64,000 nucleotides of DNA from Lingula anatina (Eukaryota; Animalia; Brachiopoda). Shown here piece by piece: positions 50,101-63,407 of the stretch. Positions within the stretch are counted from its first letter, which is position 1; every line of letters begins with the position of its first letter. The translations under genes and the position numbers were made by a program. Location: assembly GCA_051362555.1 (NCBI GenBank), contig CM120640.1, positions 15,872,001 through 15,936,000 on the forward strand, in the 5' to 3' direction. Under the pieces are notes generated by a model that worked only from the letters and a program-made list of their open reading frames with translations, was not told the DNA's origin and did no database searches.

Positions 50101-53100
50101 AGCATACTACAATTTTGACAAAAATACAAGCTTAAAACTAAAACATGCTGTTATGCATAACTATAAAGAAAAAATATTATTTTAGATTAATAGGTTTAGT
50201 TTCTTTAAATTGGGTTTTCTTTTTCTTAAAACCATGCTGAATGTCACTCTGAAAATGAAACTGCCTGCTTTGAGTTTCAAATTTAATGTCTTGAATGAGA
50301 TATGGATGTCAGTTAAACCTCATGAACCAAGTTCTAATGTCTGAAAAAAAAAGAAAGAAAAAACTCACTTTGAGATTCTGCACTAGGACCTCCTGTGGTT
50401 CACTTGTTGACCTTGACCTAGCAGATGTCACCCTCATGGGGCTGGGGGAGGTGGGTGGGGACACAGGGGACCCAGATCTTCTTGGGGTGTTGGGGTGGGT
50501 GGCTTCAAGGTTACGGTCTCTGATACTTTGAATGGTGATTCTAAAATCAATCAAGAGATAGAAATGTTAAAATGCATTTCTTTAAAAGCAAACTGTTTAC
50601 TGTGTTATCTTTTAACATTTATTTTTTATCTTTAAAATTGATTAAATAAGCAGCCTTTAAAGATATAAGAGAAAATAATGTTTGGTATAATAGTACCTAC
50701 AATAACAGTTTTTATGTGCTGTAGAGACAGGATAACGATGATGTAAAGAATGTGGACAATGGGATGATCAAACTAAGTTGTAACAGACCTATAGTCTTCC
50801 ACTTTCATCATGAGTCATCTGTAAAGAGGTGTTTCATGCCAGACCCGTAGCCAGGGGTTCAGGGGGTTCTAAAGAACTCCCCTTTTTGCTGGGAAATGGT
50901 TCCCTCTGGGTAAAATTTTATCTAGGTCCATTTTTTTTTTCAGAAAAAGAACCCCCCATTTGAAATTGCTGGCTACGGGCCTGCATGCCTTCCTTCAGAG
51001 GCTTTTACAATCTCCCACTTGTCCCACAGTCATGCCTACAGAGAGCTCCTTACCTGTCTCCCACTGTGCCCCTGGGCCTCCAAAATCTCCCACCATCATC
51101 CCAAATTAACTGAGTCATGTCAATGTAGGAAAAGTGAGATTCAGCATCGGTCCTGCCACTTACCATGGCCCCTGTGGCAACTTAGCAACAGAAAATAAAC
51201 AGTCAGAATTAATTGCAAAGACTCAATCTTAACAGTGTTTTTTTTACCTGTTAACCAAGATATCTGATTATAACAGGATAACGGCATTTCTTGGTATACA
51301 AGGCAAAGTGCACAGTGTTTTTATCTTATATAATTAACATAATTCCAGGCTCTTCTATACACAAAGTACTCACGCTGACAACTTTACTTTGCTGCAACAG
51401 TAAAATTAATTATTATCATCACACTTCTGTCAGCATGTTGATGACATTTGAATAAGAATATTATTAGTGTATAGTAGATGCAGTCCCAAGCAATAAGGTC
51501 CACTGCACATCAATCACATACAATACATGCATTTACAGATGTCTTTGATATTAGAAAATAAAAATAAAAAAAACACTCCCCACAATAAATCCATATATCA
51601 AGCCCAACCATAATTTCAAATCTAACAAAATCAACCTCACTTTTATTGTCAATTCCCAAGGCAGCAACTGGTGACAATGTCGAATATACTTAAACATTCA
51701 ATCCATGTCATGCTAAAGTTTATTATTTAAAAACAAAACAAATAAATCAACAAATATTCCAATCGTGCATGTGAACCGATGCATTCAATGCATTCTGATC
51801 TCAAAGAGCTCTCTACACGCAGTCAGTCAAAGTGCTTGCACCAGTTTCACCAAAGAACCTTAAACCAATACATGACCTTAAAATTTTGGATCAAAATAAC
51901 CAATCTACTTTGAACTGAAGATAAATGGCTAGTTGCCCACCTATGTGAAACACTACACCTATTCTATATTAAGTAAGAAATTGCTAATGTTTTAGACCAA
52001 TATTAACTTCATCTTTGTGGACAACTACAGATCTAAGAAGTAGACTAAATTGTTCAGTCTAAAAGGTAATACCAATTTTTGGTCTCAATATCTCTAGCGA
52101 AACTGGCTATTTATATGCACATGTTAAGTTAGCTGCCTAGAAACAAACTTGGGCAGTTTGACTGATTTTAGCTCAAAATGTGTATACTGTGGTAAAAGGT
52201 CTCAAAAGATCATGTAATTTTTTATAATATGTTGAAGGCAATAATAGCTTGAACATGATGCAAGATAATTTGGACTTGTAGAGATCACTTTATCAGCTAC
52301 AGATATGTGCATTACCCTATAAATTAATCAAACACTTGATCATGCTGATTCTACTCAGATTATCAATAAAAATGGAAGCGCATGGGAGCAACCAAGCACA
52401 GCATATCTAATCAAAAGCAACAATGCAATATGTATAACAACCCATGGTATCTCTGGTGAAAGTGACCATATCTGCTGGGGTTTTCTCACTCTCTTTCCAG
52501 TGGGGGCCTGGAGTGGGGGAAACAACAATGTCAAGCTTTAGAATGAAAGCAAAGTACAGGCCTGTTTCCACCAGGTTTAACTTAAACCAAAAACAGTTCA
52601 AGTCCAATAAGCAGACTACATTTGTGATGAAATTTAGATATAAATATCCGTGTTGTGCCGATAAACACTTCAAGAGGACAGTCTGGGCAGCCATCTTTGT
52701 ATCAAGAAGACGCATTCCAAGGTGACTATATGGTCTGTGTTGTTTTTGACCGTCCAACAACTGATATTACACATATAATACAGTTCCATAAGATTACCCT
52801 GGTGTAAACAGGCCTTACTACAAGAAACTCAAAAGTTTTCCCAATGCATTAGAAAAATGTTGGTGCTTATTATAATACCAATAAATTTAACAAATCAAAA
52901 TCTAGTTTGGGATGTAATATAAGTATTTTTTACTAAAGAGATATGATATAAGTTAATTAGACAACTACTTAAGCATCAGAAATATCTACAGTGACTAAGT
53001 AAAAAGCAAACTGAAAGTATCTTTACTAAAATGAACAAAATATGAAAACTAGATTTTGTAAGCACACCAAAAACACAAGCATCTGAGTACATGAGACAGA

Positions 53101-56100
53101 AGCCAATCAAATGATTTTTAGTTTTAAAAAACTTGAGCATTAAGGTATTTTTTCATGACATATATTAAGGGAAAAATTGTAAAATGTTTATGCTTGAACA
53201 TTGTTTGGCATCATTCAGTCTTGAGACAGAAAAAATAATCTTCCCATTCATTCTCTGCACACAGGAATCCCCCACCTGTATAAATACAGTCTTGAAATGG
53301 ACACCACTATTATACTTGAACAAAAGTGAAAAAGAAAAAAAAAACTATCAAATGAACAAAAACCTTACCTGCTACTACATCCATCTGTACCAGAGCTATA
53401 TCAGTCTGTGGAATAGACATGACACGCGCCACATTCTGGGGTCCCAGAAGAATTCTTTCACCAAGTTCTGTAAAATTCAGTGTACGCATTTTTACAGGAC
53501 TATCTACATCTTAAAATTTGTTGACAGATATGGGTAAAGAGAAATGATTCAATAATTGCAATCAATCTAAGTTGTTGTTTTTTTTCTCAAAGGTTCTATT
53601 ACACATATAAGGATCCACACAAGAACAAATTTAATTCTGAAGTAAAAACCATAAGAACTAGCTTGACAAGTACAAAAGCTTCAATAACTAACAACAAGAC
53701 CAATCAGGCCTTTCATAGCTTTCATTATCATACAACCATAATGGATCTGTGAGAAAAAAATAATATGATATAATTAAAGGTAAAACCTGGTTCAAAAATG
53801 GAAAATGAACTCACTGGGTTTCTTCTCTGTTTGCCTTGCAGGTTTGCTGCTCTGTATCCTGTACTGCCTCATGGGAGTGGACCGCCCCCTCATGTGGTAC
53901 TCTGAGGCTACTAAGGGGGAGGACTGGGGCCTCTTGGGGTAAGCAGGCTTTGACTGAAATCAAAGGTATATTCATAAGAATGTGTCATGTGTAAATCATT
54001 TGAACATTTTAAGAGGTTCAAAGTGAAAATAGGTCTTAACTAGAGAGTAGACCTCAGTCAATGTGAATAATAATGATAAAGATAATGATAATAATGGAAT
54101 AAAATTTTTAAATAATTTTTTAAATATTAAGATATCTGGATTTAATTGCCACTACTTGTTTCCCTACCAAATAACTGCTTCTCCTGAAATGTTCATCAAT
54201 ATTTGTACAGAACCCTTCAGAGATATCTTCTCCTCAAACAAACCAATGCTGATGAAATCAAAACCTTCCTCAATCAACAAAAGTAAATACCTCCCTCACC
54301 TATCTTGAAGTGGAGGAATTCTAATAATCCACACAATATTGCAATCAGAATGATGTACTTACTGTTAAAACATGGTCCACTTTCTTCTTCCTAAAACCTT
54401 TATTTGCTAGATTTAGGGTGTTTTCTTGCACCGCATTGAGAACAAAATCAGCAGCATGCTCGTATATGGCTTTTAGGTTACCCTGGAATACAAACAAATA
54501 TATATAACCAATAAAAAATATGTTTACATATTACAGACTGTTAAAAGCATATATTCAATATCTCATTAAAGTGCAAGATAAAAAACTGGAATTTTCTGTC
54601 CAAAGAAAACAAAGGCAAAACCCATAGAAATATGCACAAAATATTTGTCAGTATCTGTTTTCTCTTACCCCTCTCTGCCTCACTGACTCAGCTAAGTCTG
54701 TCACTTTATCACAGATATGGTAGTCCCCTGTTGCTGTGGCGACAAGATTCATAACACCTATTGGATAAAGTGAGCATAAATTATGCAAGCTATATTTCAA
54801 AATGTATCTTTAAGAGTAACATATCTGAATATTAAAAATAAAGTACAAACAAAAAAGCAGCGCTTTTATTTGTTTAAATACCTTAAGCTTCTAACTCAAT
54901 GAAGGCACTTTTTCATTGGCAAACCTCCATATTTGTATACTTATATCCTTGGCATATCTGGAAAATTTTATTTGAAGTAGCTACCCTGCATCTAACCCTT
55001 AACTCAGTTTATGTTTAAATAGCTTATTCATCAATATTCTAATCTAAAAGCATACAAAAAACATGCGAATGATTTATTCATCAATATTTTACAATTCAAT
55101 AGACATACCAACATCTTTGTCCAGGAAATCAAAGAAAGCAGGCACAATACATAATAGTTGGACAACCTCTGAGGCCAGGAGACACCTGTAGTCTTTGTAC
55201 CTGGAAAATAAACAACTAAGCATGAATGGAAATGCTCCAAAGTGTCAAATGTATGGATTGAACTTTACACTTGTTTACCTGACATAATGTTTTCACTTAT
55301 TTAAGTGTACATTTGCCTAAAAGAAGTGAACAGAAATCAATAGCTCTAAATACCAAAAATCTACAAAAACCTACAATTTGTCATTGAGATTTTTTATGGG
55401 GATATGATTCTTCCCCGATTCAATTTTCAGGAATATCTCCAAGATACATAACTGAGTGAGACAAAGGTTTAGACACATTATATGCTTCTTAATTAACAAA
55501 AAAATGGTATATATTAATTTTTAAAATTAATAAGGGTACCCCTTTATTTACACAAAAGGTGGAACATGATTAATTGTGGTATAAATATATCATTATATAG
55601 TGCCAACCTATTGGCATAAAGCTATGAGGATTACTGATATCATATAAATCAACATGTCCTTACATGTCACTTGACTTGGCAGCAGATGCAGAGGAGGAGC
55701 CCCTAGATCTCCCCAGTCTGGCTAATTCTGATACAGTGTAGTACAGACACAGGTAGAGACGGTCGTACAAACCTCCATCCTGAAACAATTTTAAACACAG
55801 CCATAAGTCAAGTCAAACAAACCATGTTTGTAACACATTCTGCAAGAACCTTGTAAATTTCATACTTGACATGTTAAAAGAAGTATCCAAGGTGTGTGCT
55901 TGGGTCAAAAATATAAATAAATCAAATAAAATAATAAAATAAACAGGATATATTCGGAATAAGTAAACAAATACACATCTGTTTTGCTCATACTGAATAG
56001 ACATACTCGAACATGCATACTGAAACATTCAATGACAGATGACTGAAAACAAAAATACTGTTGTCCAGGCCAGTCACTGTTTAACCAGATCAACAGGGAC

Positions 56101-59100
56101 TTCTTATCATTCCTCATAGGCAAACATCTTACCCAGTAATTTAGAACTCATGTTAATTTTCATCCAACCACTTCTCACAAAACAGTAACAAAATCTGTTT
56201 TAAAAAATGTTATAGGAATCTCTTTATATGACTCAACAAGATGTATGTTAATATTTGTTGTTGTTGTTTTTTTTTTAATTAATATTAATTAGCATGCAAA
56301 CACCCTTTGTTCTACTACTAAAATTAGCTGGACAAACCATGCTGATTATCAATACCTTCTTAACATGCATTATGTTATATCAAACAGGTATAAACAGCAC
56401 AACTAAAGCCTTACATTACAATGTGTGCTCACAGATGTAATAATAAGGACAGGTTGTGCTTCTGAGTAAATTTATGATAATTACTTGTGATGTCTTAATG
56501 CACTTAAATAGATAAGTAAAACTGGAAAATGGCACTAACTGCTGGCCCTAACTGTCTAACATTAGCTGTCTAATGAAACACAATACATACACTGCAAAAC
56601 TACAGAAATTAAATGAAATCGTCTTAAAATAAACACTTTAATTAATAATAATAATAATAATTATAATAATTTATAAGGCACATTAAAGAATAGATTATAA
56701 TCATTCATGCAGTATTAGAAAAAAAGTTATATCATTGAAAAAGATCATAACAAGCATTATACCCAATACCTTGCATTGCCATTGTGGAAAAGCAGCCTAA
56801 TGAAGGAAAGTGGCCACAACATCAGAATTACAAGTACATTTATCAATTAACAACAAGGATTAATATAGCAGCATACTAGGATGAGAAACACATTGACAAT
56901 GAACACTCTTCAGCTAATATTTAACATTTATGCTTACAATTTTACTATATTATTTTAATTTGAAATACATTTTTTCAAACGTGTCTTAAATCATAAGCTT
57001 TCTATAAGCAACAAACCTGTGACAAAATAAGCACAAAACCAATAAATTGTACATATTTTAATAGTTATAATTTACCTCTTTTTCATCCTTGTCCACCTTG
57101 ACTGCACTGAGCAAAAGTGAAACCACTGAGCACCTTACTTCTCGGGAAAGAAGAAAAAGGTCTAGACTTTTTATCTTCCTGTAATAAAAAAAATCAAAAA
57201 TCACAAAATCTAGTATATCATATGACAAGGGTTATGCTCCTCTCCCTTATCGAAACTTTCAAGTTTTCAACTGTCAAAAATGTCAGTCTACTTTCAATCC
57301 CAAGCAGATCAAGTTTCATAATAATTTATTTTGTCTGCCAAATAGGTTAATCCTTGCACTGACACATCTGCCCTGTCAACTGTCATTATTGATATAAATT
57401 TGAAATTAAAAATTATTCTAGATGTCCTTCTCAAAATCCACTTACCCAATTTCACTCAGTTTGGCCACATCAAGTGTTTCTTTGATTAACTGTGTTGGCA
57501 TGGCAAACTCTAAGGTGGCCTAACATGAAAACATACAAGAAATTAATGCGTTGGCTGAACTTATGGAGAGATCTTTTATAAAATAGAAATGGTAACAGAA
57601 ACATATCACATGTGCAAGCCATTTGTCTTCTAAGGCAATGTGGTAATGAAAAAAGTAATAACTTGGGTAATTTACAATGGTGCAGCTGTCAAGTATTTAT
57701 TAATTAATTTTGCAAAACACACACACATAGACACACACATAAAAAAACAGTTTCAGAATTCACGTTAACAAACACCAAAACTCTAACAATGGGGTCATGA
57801 TGCAGAACACTGCAAAACAATGTACCTTTTAAATATAATATATGATACAATGTGGCATTAATGCATTTCTCAACAGAATGAAAAAAAATTACACAAAGGC
57901 AAGTGTCAGCAGTCAACTTACCACCAAGAGCAACAGGAACATGTTTCCCCTCTCCCTGTCTTTGGCACGTTCTTCCAGCAACTCTTCAAGAAAGTTCTGG
58001 TCATAATTGAGGATTTTGTATTTTCTGGAAAATATGGCAAGACTTCATAATCATGAAACGATCATGCAGGTGGATTACTTGACTTCATTTGATGTGATGA
58101 TAAATTATGCAGATAAACATCTTTAATTTTTCAATAAACAGTTGTCTAAGGCTCAGTTTTGAATGAGCCAAAGACAGTAAATATGTGCTTTTAAATTAAG
58201 AGGTACTAATCAGATGTATTCAGGTCTTCACTCTCCAGGAGGTGCTGCTGCAGCGAAACACAGAGAAACACAATTAATTATATTTACATCGGAAAAGAAA
58301 TGCACCTTCAAGTTATTCATCCTCTACTTACTTGCCACAACATCTGCTTTCTAAGATCATATCTTCCTGCAGATTGTAAGCTATATACTTGAGCCTCTTT
58401 TTGTCAGTGTCTGAAAATAAAAGATCATGTCATTAAATTTCATACAATGTCCATTGGACCAGGTAGAAGAGATCCATATGGTAAAAGTGTAGGTCTAAGT
58501 ACACAGTTTTTATACTTAAAAAATGCCTAATAAACACAATTTTTGAACCTGTGCTCCAAATAGTGCAAAATCACATCAAGATTTAAAAATTTAGTGTAAA
58601 ATACCATAGCAATAATGCCAAATGTATACTAACATGGTACTAATATGGTAAATGATTAAACTTACCAACATTAATAGCACCATCAACTGGAAATCTTCTG
58701 AACAATTCCACCGTCTGAAACAGATTAAAATATATCACCTAGGTGAACAGATATACCTTATTATTCAAACAAAATTTACTTATTACAACTATATTACAAT
58801 AATTATTAGTAATAAGTTATACATAACAGCCAAACACTGTGGTACAATTATCAATGACACTGACAAAGATAACTAGTGTGTGGTTGAGTGAGTTTTTCTT
58901 TCTTTTTTTTTTTTTTTTTGCAAACCCATCATTCTAACCTTTTCTCCATATATTCCATTGATTTGAATCTTTTTATGAGAGGAGGGCACAAACTGCCGAC
59001 TTCCTAATTTGTGTCTCTGAAAATAAAAATGCCAATCAATTAAAATGTACTTTTGATCTACTCTCACCAAATTACGGCTTTCTTTTTATAAACCCCTGTT

Positions 59101-61817
59101 ATATAGGTACACCAACATGCTGTTTTCCCTCTCATGTAAAACTGAAATACTATTGTATCTTACTGTTGCCAACAGAGGATTTTTCAAATTAGAGAATAAA
59201 ATAAAAGAATGACATCTGATTCTAAGAACAATTCTTTTAAAACTTTTTTAGTAAAACAAAAAGATGCATTGGCTTTTTAATTTGAGCCTAAGCATGTTAG
59301 ATGGCAACATTAAGAAAATAACTTTAAAACATACAACACAATGCCTTGTATCTATCTTAAGAAAATTTTTCACATCAAATGTCTGATTACTTCATTAAAT
59401 ACAGTCCACATTAAGGGAACAATGAACTGCAAACACACAGATTTCTTAAACTAACACTGATATTTCATGACAAAATGCACTCATGACGCCACTGCCAGGG
59501 TATTATCCAACTTAATCCATAAGCTGGTATATGAAATGACTGTTACATCACAATCATCAATAGTACAAATGGCATCAAGTGCATGTGTATTTAGCGTCTT
59601 GTCTTATTAGCACTTTACCAGGTAATTATATGACTGAAATCTGTGCTTTTGATCACAGGCAATTCAAAAATACTCTTTAAGAGTATGGTTATTTATAGAT
59701 CTTTGATTTTAAGATACTATAATCAACTCTTGGCTATAATTTAGTTCTGGGAAATAAGGTAAGGCTAGTTACTTGCCATTATTATTATTTTTTTTTCTGA
59801 GATGGCAAAATTATCTTTAAAAATATCTTGTATCGATTTCTTTCTATCAATTAAAAAAGTTAAAAATAACTGTTACAGTTTTCCAAATATCTATAATAAT
59901 TTTCATAATAGAACAGATGACAGAATGTTTTTCTTCTATCCTGCAAAAAAAAAAAAAAAAAAGAACTTACCACAGGGTGATCTGTGAGAGCAGAGTCTTG
60001 GAAAAAATGCTGCACCTGCAGACGTTCAGCAGCTGAAAAAAATAATAATAGGCAATAATGAGTCAATACAGAGTGTCAAATCAAAGAAAAGAATTTACAG
60101 AATATCTAGTGTAGGTCTACATATCTTGCCAGTAAGACTAAAGGTAAAAAATACAAATATATATGCTTCAATGAATATTTCACTGAAAAATAAATGCTAC
60201 ATTGAAAGTAGAATTTATAATAATACAAAAATAAAATGGTATAAATTTTTTTCATTTTTTGTGAAATGCAACCATATTCCCATGCTCTCTACAACCTTCA
60301 AGCAGCATATTAAAACAAAATTTATTCAATGAATTCCCTAACACATTTTGACCTCTGACATTTTGCCCAAACCTTGTCTTACTATCTAGTGCTCAAATCT
60401 TTCTGGTGCAATTGAAAAGAAAACAAGGTGTTATAAGTTAGGAAAGCTGTATTATTTTGGATTTTAGAGGAGTTAGGATAACCTGCTATGTACAGAAAAC
60501 AAGAATTGAAATGTAAACCCCATCAGTACAATTTGGTTATTATTATAATAAACAGAGCTTCTCAAGAAAAATAAAAATACATTCATCTAACACCTTTGCC
60601 ATTTAAACAATAAACCATTTGTCCTGACAGTTTGATTCATAGTTCAACATAATACAATGCCTTGGTGCACCTTGTACATTATGCTTACCCCTTGTTTGGA
60701 CAAGAACCAAGTCTTGTTTGTTTTGTGAAAGGAGGTATGAAAAATGGTGCATTTACATCCATATGACTTAGAATTTAAAGATTTCAATACAGTTTCTCAA
60801 TGGATACAAATTTGCTTTTCACTTAAGAACTATAGGAGAAAATTCAATAATTTCAAAATGGCAGAAATTGTGCAAACATCAGCTCTAGCGATTATCAGAT
60901 TTTCATGCTATTTTTGCTTCATTTTTAATATCTTTAGAGATTTGGACCAAGCTCAGAGTAAACAACTAGCACTTTCTTGAATTGCACTTACAGCTTATTT
61001 ATCAAAGAATCAAGTGGTTTACGGAGAGCCAAATTAAAAGATTTAAGGCACCAAGACAGATTAAGGAGTTCTCCTAACATAAGGCACGATTTATTGATTT
61101 GTTTGTTACTGACTGCTGATATCCTAAAATCCAGCAATGACTATATGCAGGTCTACATAACCCTGACAACCATTGTTGATTTTTATCAAAGTTAATCCAG
61201 AAGCTTTCAAGCAGTCAAACTGTTTATTTACTCTTAATCTCCCTCCTGCTTCTGTACTCTACTTCATAAAATGATTTTGTTTGGACTTAATATTGATAGA
61301 GTGTCAAATATTGACAAATCGTACGGTAAAATACTAGAAATCAATAGAGTGGGTAAGAGCAGTGGTGCACAACATTTTTCAAGTGGATGCTGGCACCCAT
61401 TTTCTAATGTTGAGCAGCTTCCGAAGAGGTTTTTAAAATTCCTGGATTTGGGAGGTAATAATTTTGAGTCCAGGTTGGCCTTTGGGATACTTTCTAAAAA
61501 TCTTTCAGGCTTCAATCCACAAGTTGAAAAATGATGAGACACACTACCCCTACAAATGAAGAGTTTATCTATTTTTTTTTAATTTGAAGATGTTCCAGAC
61601 AGGGAAAGTCTCTTGTATGAAACATTCCACCTGCGTGCCTGCACTATCAAACAAAGCTTGTTCCACAGAAATTAATTCTTAAGTACAATCGTCCAAATTT
61701 CCTGATATCAACTGATCACTACAGTTTTTAGCTTTGAATTCCTAATTTTAGATAAAATTTAAGCCATTATTAAATCAAAATCTGGAGGAGAAAGATAATG
61801 GTACATAAATAAAACTA

Positions 61818-61864
<47 letters not shown>

Positions 61865-63407
61865 TTGCAATTGAAAAACTATTTAAATACTTACATGTAA
61901 TGATTCTCCCATCTAGCATCCATACATTAGGCAAACAATCTATCACATGAATGCGATCTGCAGAGGAAATTTATGAATAAATCATGAAATAGAAAAAGCT
62001 TTTCACATTTTAGTGCCAGGAAATGAGCTTAACAACAAAAGAAGAATCAGAGAAGTGCTTTGGCATATGCCCTTGCATAGAAACCATTCAACCATGTCTC
62101 TTGCATTGCAATCAACTGGCAATCAATTTGATAACAAATACAAGCACAACGATGCATAATCAATCAACTTCTTTAGAAGTGGCTTTCAATTACTATCACT
62201 TATGGAAGTTATGGGGTTTACCCATGCATTTCTAAGCCCTAAGTCAGACACTATGAAGCATTTTCTAAGTACTTAATGGCAAAAAGAGCCCTTTGAAAGT
62301 GTTGAATAGCTGTTAATACCAATATCTTTTTGCAACATGAGGTGCTAGGAGGCTGTGTTACCTTTACTGTACATAGGTACAAAACAATGTTGAAACTAGG
62401 GGGAGAAGCGGTAACGGTAACTTGTTGGAGCCGGCGGAGCCGGCGGAACGATCTGGTCGGGACTAAAACCATGTGTACCACCAGCGCTAATGCTGGTGGT
62501 ACAATAAGTGACGAGATTTAGTGAGAATTATGAATGATGCCTCTGCCATTGTGCATATAAAGCATAACACAACGCTTTGTTGAAAAAAAATCATTTGTAT
62601 GAATGTATTCATTTTGTTTTTCTTTCTTATTCTCAAATGTAGTCCATTTTTTTCATTCTGAATCAATAATCACAAAATAAGTAGTGATTTTTTATAATAA
62701 GACTTACTGCCATCCAATATACTCATACCTATGTATGGAGTCTCAAATTAAACTTGTAAACTGTAACCTAAAAAGCATTTTATTATGTGTTATTCCTTTA
62801 TCTTTATTGTATATTTTACAGCACAAAAAAAGTAGATCAAAACTCACAATAAGGGTCCTTCTCTAGCTGTGGGTTTCCCTGTAAGCTGAGATCTATAATG
62901 TGTATATGTTGCAGCTTTCCCAGCTCAGCCCAGGTCAAGTTATTATTGGTCAGCACCACAGTACCCAGAGCTATAAAACGGTCCAGTCCCTCAAGATTTC
63001 TGATCTGAAACAGGTGATGTACATTCATTTTAATAAAAACTTTATTTTCAGAGCAGAAGAATTATGGGGAGCAATTTTCATTGTATACTGTTTACTTGAG
63101 AGACATATCTTGACATATCTCTAAGCATAATTAACAAGTGGTTAAGTTATCGTATTATTAACTGCACTGAAAAAAATGAATTTATAATCATTTGAAATCA
63201 AACTTATAATCAAACTTGCTGCGATTCAATAACAAACAGTCTAAAGTCCATATATTTTTTTAAGTTTTAGAGCCCTTACCTGGTTATTACTAAGGTCTAA
63301 TTTCCATAGCTGCTGACAGTTAGACAAATTACTCACAGTGTCAATGTTGTTGCCTTGTAATATTAGAGTGTGCAGTTTAGCACAATGGTCTATCTTTTCA
63401 ATAGCCA
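40033..63407 (-). CDS. Uncharacterised leucine-rich-repeat protein (SDS22-like LRRs plus LRRcap, long low-complexity C-terminal half); 5' end probably outside the window
   Basis: 26 GT-AG exons with consistent phases (~1,136 codons): 63280-63407, 62848-63004, 61895-61957, 59971-60032, 58939-59016, 58666-58714, 58332-58410, 57922-58024, 57446-57519, 57076-57178, 55664-55779, 55109-55200, 54669-54757, 54363-54482, 53815-53953, 53369-53467, 51054-51180, 50369-50540, 47220-47357, 46866-46964, 45918-46489, 43445-43599, 42909-43152, 42427-42485, 41930-42011, 40033-40243. LRR motifs LHTLILQGNNI, LWKLDLSNNQIRNLEGL, LSLQGNP...YRIHVIDCLPNVWMLDG. Confidence 0.82.
43869..45914 (-). mobile_element. Complete Helentron-associated (HINE-like) element carrying a 146-bp tandem array
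   Basis: 5' hairpin TGTACCACCAGCG-TTAG-CGCTGGCGGTACA (45883-45912) and a (CCGCCGGCT)n run. 3' subterminal IR GCTGGTGGTACAAT (~43903-43916), stem-loop GAGGCG-GTAT-CGCCTC and terminal CTAG followed by TT (43867-43872). Confidence 0.82.
44082..44921. repeat. Tandem array of ~5.7 copies of a 146-bp monomer
   Basis: GTAGGTCAAAGGTCAATT recurs at 44082, 44227, 44373, 44519, 44665 and 44811; copies differ at only a few positions. Confidence 0.95.
47092..47131. repeat. (TG)n microsatellite
   Basis: TG run. Confidence 0.9.
48169..49476 (-). CDS. Serpin, intronless, with signal peptide, non-inhibitory hinge and C-terminal KDEI; nested in an intron (47358-50368) of the LRR gene
   Basis: 435-aa ORF: signal peptide MFLKSLVFLWAVGCCLS; serpin motifs ENILFSPMTILSTLALLYGGA, FKSHWAENFD, VQVDMM, VEIPY..VSLFILLP, LPRF, ADFSRM, VNHPFLFFIRH..ILFFGR; ends DIYVKDEI*. 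TATA-like TATTTAAAA ~45 nt upstream of the ATG; minus-strand AATAAA at ~48062-48067. Confidence 0.92.
   Translation of the reverse strand: MFLKSLVFLWAVGCCLSTHNCNEENLAPSSAEPVSSKDEERLGQLMRSNRKLTTFLYQEFQQNSADSENILFSPMTILSTLALLYGGADKVTKDQMDNVLKFGKFSSRSLHSTVKSVTDSLYHRSNKYSLRGATRFYAAKTVFDEDYIDLAKTFYRVNLHTVDFKSEERDFSDKETELDNNDLEDLRARKIYEMLEAEKVDPSKGIVLIAAVSFKSHWAENFDKSRTMKDIFSLTKSKYVQVDMMYYKGVLPYAYIVDLNCHVVEIPYADRQVSLFILLPKRIGGLPAVEAGLGTKLLRYIPSLVKETTIEIKLPRFQFERHYTLENNLQGIGLEDIFVEDKADFSRMNGHIWMYVARLFHKASFTVQEDQDNDFHDEFMPRHKTNDPSEKKFKAEQRIGVNHPFLFFIRHNALDAILFFGRLSKPSDIYVKDEI
50840..50983. mobile_element. MITE with CAG(A/G)CCCGTAGCCAG TIRs and a perfect 5-bp TSD
   Basis: CAGACCCGTAGCCAG ... CTGGCTACGGGCCTG flanked by CATGC on both sides. 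Confidence 0.8.
61818..61863. repeat. (AAT)n microsatellite
   Basis: Trinucleotide run. Confidence 0.9.
62396..62505 (-). mobile_element. 5' head of a second copy of the HINE family seen at 43869-45914
   Basis: Shares the hairpin TGTACCACCAGC...GCTGGTGGTACA and GGAGAAGCGGTAACGGTA...GGAGCCGGCGGAGCCGGCGGAACGATC with ~45793-45913. Confidence 0.75.
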
